The translations under genes and the position numbers were made by a program. Below, one piece after another: positions 20,566 to 29,935 of a DNA stretch of 64,000 bases. The notes beneath the pieces were generated by a model. The model had not been told where the DNA came from and did no database searches. It saw only the letters and a program-made list of their open reading frames with translations. Each line of letters starts with the position of its first letter. Positions within the stretch are counted from its first letter, which is position 1. The DNA is taken from NCBI GenBank assembly GCA_026004395.1, contig BPJB01000001.1, forward strand, positions 905,226-969,225. The letters are read 5' to 3'. This DNA is from Patescibacteria group bacterium (GTDB lineage: Bacteria; Patescibacteriota; Microgenomatia; Levybacterales; UBA12049).

Positions 20566-21819
20566 TTAGCTAATTGTTCTGTGCTTTTTAGAAATCAAAA
20601 ACGCAATAATAAGAATATAATAACCAATAATAATTGGCCATGGCAGAAAGTTGATCGAAAAAATAGGTGTTATAGGAGCAAAAATCCGAACCATTGTCTC
20701 AAAATAGAATAAAAATGGCAGGCTCAAAAGCGCTACAAGACCTCCCAGAGGTGGTAGAATAAGCCCTAACAAAGATGCCACTCCTCCAATGATCATTAAA
20801 GGAGGTATCGTCCAAAGTACTAATGCATTGACTACAACAGAAAGTAAGCCATAACTATGAAAATAAGCCAAAAGAAGCGGTACTGTTGCCAACTGTGCTG
20901 CAATCGTAGCTGCTAAATCATCTTGAATAAGAAATGACAAATTCTTACTGGATCCTTTCCCATCTTGCTTGGAAATAGCAAGATGTGGACGAAGGAAGAT
21001 CATCCCTGCCGTTGCTGCAAATGAAAGCTGGAAACCAATATCTTCTATAAGATCAGGATTTAACAAAAGCATCAGAGATGCTGTCAGAAACAAAGTCACA
21101 AAAGCAGTATTCTGACGGCCTAAAAGGTAGGCTGAAAAAGTAATTACAGCCATGATACCAGCTCGCATAATTGATGGCTCAAGACCAGCAATTATTGTAT
21201 AAAAAGCTATTCCTAAAATACTTAGTTTGATAGCTAATGATCTATTAAAGTAATGATTAAGAAATGTCATGAGAAATCCAGCAACTAGGGCTACATTCAT
21301 CCCCGATGCTGCAACCACATGCATAAGGCCAGTTGATTGAAGATCTTTCACAAATTCATCAGGTAATGACTTCTGACCCAAAACAATTCCTAAGAGAAGA
21401 GAGCTTGCTGTTGGAGGCAAACTAGCGCTGAAAGTCTCTCTTATTCTCTCTCTAATCCAAGTGGCTGAAATAAATAAAAGATTGATATCATTTTGTATGA
21501 TTTGAATCTGAGGAAATGACATGGTTGTAATTATTTTTCCATTATCGAGAACATAATGATCTACTGTTCCTCTGACTTGAAGCAGTTGACCATAAAGATA
21601 GCGGGGATACTTTGTCGTCCTTACCAAAATAGACTCTCCGTTGGGTGCTTTGAGGAAGAATTGTTGCGTATGATTTTTTTCTTTGGGTGTTGTTACTAGT
21701 CGCGTCGTGAATGAGATCTCCTCTCCCTCTGCTAGAGGCGAGGGATTCCCATGGAGGACAACTCTTAAAATAACGATTAGTAAAACAGTGCTATACAAAA
21801 TTAGGAGTCTGGAGGTCAT
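20566..21819 (-). CDS. comEC: ComEC/Rec2 competence membrane channel domain
   Basis: GLMHVVAASGMNV, PSIMRAGIM, DIGFQLSFAAT. Confidence 0.92.
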   Translation of the reverse strand: MTSRLLILYSTVLLIVILRVVLHGNPSPLAEGEEISFTTRLVTTPKEKNHTQQFFLKAPNGESILVRTTKYPRYLYGQLLQVRGTVDHYVLDNGKIITTMSFPQIQIIQNDINLLFISATWIRERIRETFSASLPPTASSLLLGIVLGQKSLPDEFVKDLQSTGLMHVVAASGMNVALVAGFLMTFLNHYFNRSLAIKLSILGIAFYTIIAGLEPSIMRAGIMAVITFSAYLLGRQNTAFVTLFLTASLMLLLNPDLIEDIGFQLSFAATAGMIFLRPHLAISKQDGKGSSKNLSFLIQDDLAATIAAQLATVPLLLAYFHSYGLLSVVVNALVLWTIPPLMIIGGVASLLGLILPPLGGLVALLSLPFLFYFETMVRIFAPITPIFSINFLPWPIIIGYYILIIAFLISKKHRTIS

Positions 21820-21825
21820 AATTAT

Positions 21826-22443
21826 TTATAATGAAAGTTGGTTTTTGATCTTCTCAAAGAGCTTTTCTGAAATCACTTTTTTGGTAATTAACTCCTCAAT
21901 AGCCGAATAAGGACGATTATCAATGATCTTTTTTGCTGTAATTTGACCAATTCCAGGAAGCTTATCTAGCTCACTTTCTGTGGCATTATTTATACTGATA
22001 AAGCCTTGTGCGTAAGATGATGAGTCAACATCTACCCCTTTAAAGCTTTCTTTAAATGAAGTATCTCCCATCACATCTTCCCCTTCAAAAGGAAAATAAA
22101 GCTTCATCCCATCATTAAGAAGAGCTGCTAGATTAATTGTTTTGGCAATCCGCAGATCATCTGCCTCATCTACTAGACCCCCAGCCTTTTTTAGCGCATC
22201 GCTGACTCTATCTCCTTTTGAGAGTTCATAAACCCCTGGATTTTTGACAGCACCCTGAATATCAACTACCAGCTTCTCACGTGAAATTGAATTATTTTCA
22301 TCTTTTTCAATAACAATTTCTTCTTTAGTATCTTGATTTGCAATATACAGAAATCCCCCATAAGCAATTAATACTATTCCCAAAAAACTAAGAATAATTA
22401 CCATCTTACGCTCTTTAATGAAAGTGAAAACAAACTCTTCCAT
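21826..22443 (-). CDS. comEA: ComEA DNA-binding competence protein (SLBB + HhH)
   Basis: VDIQGAVKNPGVYEL; INLAALLNDG; INNATESELDKLPGIG. Confidence 0.93.
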   Translation of the reverse strand: MEEFVFTFIKERKMVIILSFLGIVLIAYGGFLYIANQDTKEEIVIEKDENNSISREKLVVDIQGAVKNPGVYELSKGDRVSDALKKAGGLVDEADDLRIAKTINLAALLNDGMKLYFPFEGEDVMGDTSFKESFKGVDVDSSSYAQGFISINNATESELDKLPGIGQITAKKIIDNRPYSAIEELITKKVISEKLFEKIKNQLSL

Positions 22444-22485
22444 TCTCTTTTTAGATTATAAATAATTTAACAGACAGTAAAGTGA

Positions 22486-22513
22486 CAGGTATACAGGTAT
22501 ACCTGTATACCTG
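22486..22513. repeat. Perfect 28-bp palindrome, GTATAC family copy 5
   Basis: CAGGTATACAGGTATACCTGTATACCTG between leuS and comEA. Confidence 0.9.
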
Positions 22514-22524
22514 CAAAATGAGGA

Positions 22525-25287
22525 TTAGTGGGTGACAAAGTTTATTATTTTACCTGGTATGTAGATAGTCTTTTGGATTGTCTTTCCTTTGAGGTGGCGC
22601 TTTATACTCTCCTCTCTTTTCACAAGATCAATAATTTCCTCCTCTGTAATTTTTTTGACTGAGGGTACAGATAAAGTACCACGCAGCTTGCCATTCACTT
22701 GAACTGCAATTACTATCTCTTCCTCTTTTATAGCAGATGGATCAAACTTAGGCCATGAAGAGGTATGAATTGACTCAAAGAGTTGAGAATCTGAAGTATT
22801 AGTTCCTTTCGCATTTGCTTTTCTGCCTGATAATCTGATCTTTTGCATATTTAATCTTTGATAAAGCTCTTCTGTCAGATGCGGAGCAAAAGGGGCCAAT
22901 AATTTTAAAAGCACCTCCAACTCCTGCTTCATTATCTCTCTCTTCTTGCTTAAAAAATTATAGTAAGTCATTATCTTGGCAATGGCTGTGTTATAGTGAA
23001 ATGCCTCAAGGTCTGCGGTCACTTCTTTAATTGTTTTGTGCATTTTGGAGAGATCTGATTGAGTTAAGCGATCATTCTGTTTATAAGACATTGCATTTTG
23101 TCCATCAATTTGAGACACAACAAGTGTCCAAACACGTTTGAGGAAGCGATGAATACCTTCAATACCATTATCACGAAAATCCCCTCCTTGGCTAAAGGGT
23201 CCAATAAACATCAGATATGTTCTTAGCGTATCAGCGCCAAATTTCTTAATATATTGATCTGGGACAACTACATTTCCTTTACTTTTACTCATCTTAGCAC
23301 CATCTTTGATGATGAGTCCATGAGCAAAAAAGCGCGGGAAGGGTTCATCGTCTCCGGTCATGTATCCCAAATCGTATAATACTTTGTATAAAAATCGTGT
23401 GTACAAAAGGTGAAGTACTGCATGCTCAGCACCACCAGTGTAGAGGGTCACTGGAAGCCATTTGACTCGCTTCTTGGCTTTTGACACTTCCTCTGTCAGA
23501 CTGCCAATCTCCTCACGTGTTCTTGCTGGATGAAGCTCTGTCATTATTTCATCTCGATCAAATGCAAGAGATGGGAAAGGAAGGTGCTTTAAATCAGTAG
23601 CAAGATAACGCAAAAAGTACCAACTGGAGTCAAGAAATGTATCTGAGACATCTGTTTCTCTTCTAGCTTGTGATCCACACTCAGGGCAAACTGTTTCAAA
23701 AAACTCCAGATGATTTGCCAAAGGAGAAGCCTCTGTACCCAAAGGTTTATAATCCTCAATCCTTGGCAGAAGCACTGGAAGATTCTCCTCAGGATACCAT
23801 CCAGCAGAATTCCATTCTTTATAATTGGAAATAGCTTCAACTTGTAGTTTTTCCCTCTGTTTCTTATTCTGAGTAAACCACGATTTACCCTCCCTAGCGC
23901 ATTTTTCACAATAAATCATCGGTATCGGCGGTCCCCAATAACGCTGACGAGAGATAATCCAATCTCTAAGGTGATAATGGACTTCTTTCTTGCCAAATCC
24001 TTTTTTCTCAATATCCTCAATAATCTGTGAAATACTCTCGGGAACTTTTAATCCCTCCCAATCTCCTGAGTTAATAACTATTCCCCCTCCTTGATAAGCT
24101 TGTTTGGTGATATCTCCTCCTGATACAACCTCAACTATAGGAAGATCATATTTCTTAGCAAACTCAAAATCTCGCTGATCATGAGCTGGAACTGCCATAA
24201 TCGCACCCGTACCATAACTTATTAAGACATAATCAGCAATCCAGATAGGAATTTTTTGCCTGTTAGCAGGATTGATCGCATAAATCTGAGAAAATACCCC
24301 TGTTTTTTCCCTACCCTCTGCCACTCTCTCCTGTTCTGTTTTATTTTTGGCAGATAGAACATATTCGCGGATTGCCGCTTTAGCATCAATAGATGCTTCT
24401 TCAAGAAGCTCATCAACAAGAGGATGTTCAGGAGAAATTACCAAAAATGTCGCTCCATAGAGAGTATCCGGTCTTGTTGTAAATACTTCAATGAATTTAG
24501 TCTGCAACTCTTTATTCTCTAATTCAAACCTTATTCTTGCTCCTTCACTTTTACCAATCCAACTTTTCTGTGCAATCTTAACTTTTTCAGTCCAGTCAAT
24601 TTTTTGCAACCCTTCAAGAAGACGCTCAGCATATGCTGTGATACGAAAAAACCACTGCTCAAGCTCTTTCTTCTCAACCTGTGTACCACAGCGCTCACAG
24701 ACACGAAGAGTAATTTCTTGACCATCCTTAGATTCTGTTTTGGGGATTACCTGTTCATCTGCCAAGACTGTTTTACAGGATGGACAGAAATTAACAGGAG
24801 CTTTTTCTCTATAGGCAAGACCTGCTTTAAAAAGCTGGATAAAAATCCACTGTGTCCATCTGTAGTATTCAGGTTTCCAGGTTTCAACTTTGTTCTCCCA
24901 GGCAAAAGAACTTCCCGTTGATCTCATCTGGCGATAAAAATTCTCCTCACTTTTCTCAGCCTGATCCATCGGGTGAGTTCCAACTTTCAGAGCGTAGTTT
25001 TCAGAATGGATACCAAACCCATCAAGACCGATAGGCTCAAATACATCAAATCCCTGCATTCTTTTAAACCGCCCATAAATATCAGCTCCTGTTTGAGCAT
25101 ACATATTGCCAACATGCAATCCCTCGGCTGAGGGATAGGGGAACATCATGAGATTATAAAATGGTGTTTTAGCAGTATCCAAATCCGGCTGATATATCCT
25201 TTTGGATTGCCAAATAGATTGCCAATAAGGCTCAATCGTTTGAGGATCATATTTTATTGTTTTTTCCTGTTTCCTATCCTGCTTCAT
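22525..25287 (-). CDS. leuS: Leucine--tRNA ligase
   Basis: MFPYPSAEGLHVGN, FTTRPDT, DWIISRQRYWG, KMSKSKGN, VQVNGKLRG. Confidence 0.97.
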   Translation of the reverse strand: MKQDRKQEKTIKYDPQTIEPYWQSIWQSKRIYQPDLDTAKTPFYNLMMFPYPSAEGLHVGNMYAQTGADIYGRFKRMQGFDVFEPIGLDGFGIHSENYALKVGTHPMDQAEKSEENFYRQMRSTGSSFAWENKVETWKPEYYRWTQWIFIQLFKAGLAYREKAPVNFCPSCKTVLADEQVIPKTESKDGQEITLRVCERCGTQVEKKELEQWFFRITAYAERLLEGLQKIDWTEKVKIAQKSWIGKSEGARIRFELENKELQTKFIEVFTTRPDTLYGATFLVISPEHPLVDELLEEASIDAKAAIREYVLSAKNKTEQERVAEGREKTGVFSQIYAINPANRQKIPIWIADYVLISYGTGAIMAVPAHDQRDFEFAKKYDLPIVEVVSGGDITKQAYQGGGIVINSGDWEGLKVPESISQIIEDIEKKGFGKKEVHYHLRDWIISRQRYWGPPIPMIYCEKCAREGKSWFTQNKKQREKLQVEAISNYKEWNSAGWYPEENLPVLLPRIEDYKPLGTEASPLANHLEFFETVCPECGSQARRETDVSDTFLDSSWYFLRYLATDLKHLPFPSLAFDRDEIMTELHPARTREEIGSLTEEVSKAKKRVKWLPVTLYTGGAEHAVLHLLYTRFLYKVLYDLGYMTGDDEPFPRFFAHGLIIKDGAKMSKSKGNVVVPDQYIKKFGADTLRTYLMFIGPFSQGGDFRDNGIEGIHRFLKRVWTLVVSQIDGQNAMSYKQNDRLTQSDLSKMHKTIKEVTADLEAFHYNTAIAKIMTYYNFLSKKREIMKQELEVLLKLLAPFAPHLTEELYQRLNMQKIRLSGRKANAKGTNTSDSQLFESIHTSSWPKFDPSAIKEEEIVIAVQVNGKLRGTLSVPSVKKITEEEIIDLVKREESIKRHLKGKTIQKTIYIPGKIINFVTH

Positions 25288-25493
25288 ATTCTGGAGTATA
25301 TCACAGAGCGGTTATAGTGATCTAGTATAAAATATTGGGATTTAAAGAAAAAAACTTTTTGATGATGTTTGATATATCTAGATATACTTTTGATTAATCC
25401 TAATAATCTTTCATAAATTAGTCAAAACTTATATTAAGAAAATGTGAAAAAATAAACCTGCAACATCTGAACATTTGTTGTATAGTAAAGAGT

Positions 25494-26171
25494 ATGAGCC
25501 AACTCCTAAAACAGGCATTATTTCTTTTTACATCATTTGGAGTTGTCTTTTTATGGAAAGAATCTACTTTTGTTGAATTTACAATACCCTTACTAGGATT
25601 TTTGGTCTTTCTCTACCTGCTACTTGCAAGCAAAAAGCCTCTTCTCTGGAAAAAATCTCAGTCAGTTGAGAATACACAACAACATTCCCTAGAGCAAAAT
25701 AAGAAAAAAATTTTTAATAAGGATGAGATCAATATTTTTATTCTTAATACCATTGTATTTCTTCTTATCTTCTCTACAGGATCTCTGAAATCTCCTCTTT
25801 TTTTCCTTCTCTACTTTATATCTTTTGGTATCGCTTTTGTACTTCTGCCACAGATAGTATTTGTCTTTATCTTAGGATCTATTTTGATCTTTATTCCTGA
25901 CGCTCTCTCTAATCAAACCCCCTCAGACACAAAATTGCTCAGCGAAAATCTTGTGAAATTAGCTTCCTTAGGACTAATCTCTCCACTTGCCTATTTTTTT
26001 GGCAAAGAATATCAGGAAAGGCTTATTCATCAAGAAAAAGATAAAGAGGTGGCAGAAATCATCAGCAACGAAGCAGCGAATGTTCTCAATAATGAGGAAG
26101 AAAAACTAAGTGAGGAAGATAAAGAACAACTGGTTGATATCATAGAAGAGAGTGAAAAACTCAAAGAATAA
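25494..26171 (+). CDS. Hypothetical multi-pass membrane protein
   Basis: Several TM segments; TGSLKSPLFFLLYF; acidic C-terminal coil. Confidence 0.75.
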   Translation: MSQLLKQALFLFTSFGVVFLWKESTFVEFTIPLLGFLVFLYLLLASKKPLLWKKSQSVENTQQHSLEQNKKKIFNKDEINIFILNTIVFLLIFSTGSLKSPLFFLLYFISFGIAFVLLPQIVFVFILGSILIFIPDALSNQTPSDTKLLSENLVKLASLGLISPLAYFFGKEYQERLIHQEKDKEVAEIISNEAANVLNNEEEKLSEEDKEQLVDIIEESEKLKE

Positions 26172-26266
26172 CCTTGTTACACTATACTATTGCTTCAGGA
26201 CTTTAAACTCTTCTGATGTTAAGAAGAGAGTGGAGCCAAAAATAAAACAAATGTAATTAGGCAATT

Positions 26267-27019
26267 ATGAAAAGCGCTACTATCATTACACTAAGCATTT
26301 TTATTATCTTATTCTTACTAGGTCAAAAGCTGCCTCCTGTTAATCATGTATTAGCCTTTACAATGATTGGTGATAACTGGAAAATTGACTTTGCCAATCT
26401 GAATATGGGAGGGGCAACTCAACTGGGATCAGGCAAAAAACTGACATTTACCACAGGTCAAACTGCACCCGGACTCTATACAGGCACTAATTATAAAGTA
26501 CGCGCTGGATTTCAGTATGTCTATACTCTTATTCCTTTCCGCTTTAGTATCTCCCAAACTCAAATTGACTTTGGCACCCTCACACCGACTAACCCTGTTA
26601 CTAGAACGAATACGCTGACAATTTCTAATGGATCTGCCAATGGTTATCAAGTAACAGCTTTTGAAGATCATCAACTTCTCAATCCTGCCAATGGCATGTT
26701 GATACCTGATACTACCTGTGACAATGGACTCTGTACAGAAACAACGTCAGCACAATGGACTAATACACTCACCTATGGGTTTGGTTATCGCTGCGATAAT
26801 ATAACAGGAACCGATTGTGCAACAGGGTTTACAAATAGCAATTATTATAAACAGTTTGCAGACTCATCCCTCAACGAATCACCCCAATCAGTAATGTCCG
26901 GAACCAACGTTGGACGCAGTAAACAAGTTCAGATTACTTATAAAGTCAATATCTCAGGTACTCAGCCGGCAGGAACATATACGAACGTCATAACCTATAT
27001 TGCTACACCAACATTTTAA
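26267..27019 (+). CDS. WxL-like secreted protein
   Basis: Signal peptide; IDFGTL...NTLTIS..SANGYQV; ends QPAGTYTNVITYIATPTF. Confidence 0.7.
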   Translation: MKSATIITLSIFIILFLLGQKLPPVNHVLAFTMIGDNWKIDFANLNMGGATQLGSGKKLTFTTGQTAPGLYTGTNYKVRAGFQYVYTLIPFRFSISQTQIDFGTLTPTNPVTRTNTLTISNGSANGYQVTAFEDHQLLNPANGMLIPDTTCDNGLCTETTSAQWTNTLTYGFGYRCDNITGTDCATGFTNSNYYKQFADSSLNESPQSVMSGTNVGRSKQVQITYKVNISGTQPAGTYTNVITYIATPTF

Positions 27020-27033
27020 GAAAGGCAATTAAA

Positions 27034-28131
27034 ATGAAGATCTTGCAAAAAATAGTTTTATCTACTGGAATTTTTTGTCTCCTCTTCATTATTTTTCCAT
27101 CGGATATCAAAGCGGCAACTTTTGATCTTGCTGTCAATCCTTCAATTTTTCAGATAGAGCTTAATCCTCCTGCTATTATTGAAGCAAAAAAATCATTGAC
27201 TATAGAAAATCTCAGTGACACTCCACTAACTCTGTCTATCCAATACAGACCCTTTAAGCCGAAAGATGAGTCCGGAATAATAGAATATTTGCCACGGGAA
27301 GACAGTTTTGTTGGAGCTGATCCTCTTATCTTTCAGAGAATACATATTATTGAAAATAATAATCCGATTGAGCAAATTACTCTGGCACCCAAACAAACAA
27401 AAAAACTTGATCTTAAAATGACAATCCCTAAAGATGAGCCTCCATCTGATTACTATTTTGCCATTCTTTTTCTCAGCCAAGAAGAAACTTCAGACAGTCT
27501 GCAAAGCTCATATTCAAATTATGTTGGTGGTATCGGAGTTAGTGTACTTCTTTCAATAGGTCCCAAAAAAGAAACAACTGGAAAAATTGAGGAATTCTCA
27601 ACATCTTTTTTCCATGAGAAAAGCCCTGTACCCTTTACAGTACGTATCAGAAATACGAGTCAGCACTTCATCTACCCCAAAGGACAGATAACAATCAAAA
27701 ATATGTTTGGTCAGACAATCGGAATTGTTGATTTGTTGCCTGTTAATATTTTGGCAAACTCTATTCGCGCTCTGCCAAGTAAGGAGAATTTTATCTTTGC
27801 TGCACAAAAAAATAGATTAAACATTGCTGAAGAAGACTCAAAATCATTCTCCAAAGAAGAGTTGGAAATGATAAAGCAATATGAAAAAATAATGAAAAAC
27901 GAGCAATCAAATCTCTCAATCAGTCCGAAGGCTTTTTGGAACGGAGGGTTTTTGCTTGGACCCTACTCTGCCACTTTGACTGTAGCTCTGAGTGATCAAG
28001 GTCCTCTCCTTACACGAACTATTCATTTTTTTGCACTACCAATCTATCTTATAATTACTTTTTTTATTGTCATTGCTATTGTCTTGTTTATTCGTCAGAG
28101 ATTGAACAAGATTAGGACCAAAGTATCCTGA
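27034..28131 (+). CDS. DUF916/DUF3324-like membrane-anchored partner protein
   Basis: Signal peptide; LAPKQTKKL..IP..EPPSDYY; IRNTSQHFIYPKG; C-terminal TM plus basic tail. Confidence 0.7.
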   Translation: MKILQKIVLSTGIFCLLFIIFPSDIKAATFDLAVNPSIFQIELNPPAIIEAKKSLTIENLSDTPLTLSIQYRPFKPKDESGIIEYLPREDSFVGADPLIFQRIHIIENNNPIEQITLAPKQTKKLDLKMTIPKDEPPSDYYFAILFLSQEETSDSLQSSYSNYVGGIGVSVLLSIGPKKETTGKIEEFSTSFFHEKSPVPFTVRIRNTSQHFIYPKGQITIKNMFGQTIGIVDLLPVNILANSIRALPSKENFIFAAQKNRLNIAEEDSKSFSKEELEMIKQYEKIMKNEQSNLSISPKAFWNGGFLLGPYSATLTVALSDQGPLLTRTIHFFALPIYLIITFFIVIAIVLFIRQRLNKIRTKVS

Positions 28132-28284
28132 TTAAAATCTTTCTTGCAAACTAAGATCAATATTTGCAACCTTAGCTAGAACAAAAACTCTCAATTTTTA
28201 AAAACTCTACTTTCTGCTGCTATATTTTTTACATGCAGTCAAAGGCTAACAAATTATAAAAATCAATATCAAATAGAATATTGC

Positions 28285-28316
28285 CAAGTATACCTGTATA
28301 CCTGTATACCTGTATA
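28285..28316. repeat. GTATAC family copy 6 (tandem 8-mers)
   Basis: CAAGTATACCTGTATACCTGTATACCTGTATA, upstream of the large WxL-like gene. Confidence 0.8.
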
Positions 28317-28388
28317 ATGATTTAAAAATTGGATCTCAAACATTTTGCTTATTCAATGACCAAACTACTCTTTTATTTATTTTAACTA

Positions 28389-28418
28389 TTGACAAGTTAA
28401 AAAATTTGTCTTCATACT
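28389..28418 (+). promoter_or_regulatory. Putative sigma70 promoter
   Basis: TTGACA-18 nt-CATACT upstream of the ATG at 28447; overlaps a GACAA...TTGTC inverted repeat. Confidence 0.5.
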
Positions 28419-28446
28419 AATAATACTCAATGATAAATACTCAAAG

Positions 28447-29925
28447 ATGAGAAAATACAGCTTTATTTTAACGTATTGTTTAGTGGCTTTAGTTGTCACA
28501 GTTTTTTTTGCGGCACAGGCACACGCTGCAACATTAACCGGAGCCAAAGATACGATTACTACCTCACGACCATCGCCCTCAACTCCTCTCTCTGCAAATG
28601 CTGCATCAGGAGCTTATCAGGTAAGCGTATATAATAACGGCTCCCGCTTTCTTGCATCAGATTCTGCCAAGCTCATAAGAGGCACAACGCTTATTGATCC
28701 TGTAATTACGATTGCATCCCAATCAGCTGGATTAACATCTGTTTATTTTTCTGACGCACTAGGTGCTGCTGGCCAAAATGGAACAGACGTGCTCTTTTTC
28801 CCAGTAACTGCAATGCATACTATTCAGTTTACCGTACAGAACACAATACCCACCAATGGAGATATCGTCATCACTTTCCCAACACTCTCTGCAACTGATG
28901 CCGATAACGATGCATCCCCATCTGCTACCACATTTCAGTTCAATAATCTAGTCAGCGGTACCGGTGGTAGAGACAACATAGATGTTTATGATGATTCAAC
29001 AGATATCTCAGCCAATGTGACAATTACTGAGACTGAGCCCTCACCGGGCAATCCCGGAATTATTAGTATAAATCTTGATTCTGGGACTATTGCAGCTGGC
29101 TCGGTAGTCAAAATCTATCTTGGCTGCACAGCATCGACCTCTGCATCCTGCACTACTCAGGCACCACGCATCATCAATCCTACCAAATCAGCAACAGCAG
29201 GAACAGCTGATATCTGGAAAATAAATATCAGCACCAAAGATAGTAGCGGTATATTACTCGATGAGGCTACAGTGGCAATTGGAACTATCGAAACTGTCGA
29301 AGTACGAGCAACAGTTGATGCAACACTTACTTTCTCAATCGGCGGGATTGCAAATGGATCAGCAGTTAACACAGGAAATACAACAGGTTGTGCAGCAACA
29401 GAGACAACTAGCGCAGGCAACCCATCAACAGCAACACTTGTTGATCTAGGTGTACTCGCTAACACACCAACCACAACAGGTACTCCAATCAGCAACATCG
29501 CAGCCCAACTTATAACCATTACTACAAACGCTGCCAATGGATATACCCTCACAGCAACATCCTCAGGCCAACTTCGCAACTTTCAGTCAGGATTCGCAAT
29601 TGCAAGCAGTACTACACCTCAGGCATTTCCCAATGGCACTCATTTCTTTGGGATTAATGCCTGTGGACTAGATGTCAATACCAGTACGTGGGGAAATAAT
29701 AACTGTAACACTTATATAACAGGATCATCAAATGCCTGCAAATATGGATGGCCAACACCCACAACAGCCATCACACTAGCATCTGACTCAACAGGTCCAG
29801 TCGGCAATACCATCACAGCAGGAAATGGATTAGTCACTGTCAGGTATGCAGCTAGTATTGATGCCAGTGTACCATCGGGTGAGTACCAAACAGCTATAAC
29901 TTATGTAGCAACACCAACATTCTAA
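28447..29925 (+). CDS. Large WxL-like secreted S/T-rich surface protein
   Basis: AQAHA signal-peptide cleavage site; beta-rich; TTNAANGYTL; ends PSGEYQTAITYVATPTF. Confidence 0.72.
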   Translation: MRKYSFILTYCLVALVVTVFFAAQAHAATLTGAKDTITTSRPSPSTPLSANAASGAYQVSVYNNGSRFLASDSAKLIRGTTLIDPVITIASQSAGLTSVYFSDALGAAGQNGTDVLFFPVTAMHTIQFTVQNTIPTNGDIVITFPTLSATDADNDASPSATTFQFNNLVSGTGGRDNIDVYDDSTDISANVTITETEPSPGNPGIISINLDSGTIAAGSVVKIYLGCTASTSASCTTQAPRIINPTKSATAGTADIWKINISTKDSSGILLDEATVAIGTIETVEVRATVDATLTFSIGGIANGSAVNTGNTTGCAATETTSAGNPSTATLVDLGVLANTPTTTGTPISNIAAQLITITTNAANGYTLTATSSGQLRNFQSGFAIASSTTPQAFPNGTHFFGINACGLDVNTSTWGNNNCNTYITGSSNACKYGWPTPTTAITLASDSTGPVGNTITAGNGLVTVRYAASIDASVPSGEYQTAITYVATPTF

Positions 29926-29935
29926 AAGGAGCATT

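Noticed and set aside
19644-21819. Split ComEC as a frameshift artefact or novelty
   Set aside because: The two ORFs are separated by a clean 40-bp gap and the second has its own N-terminal TM; stand-alone ComEC domains are a known arrangement.
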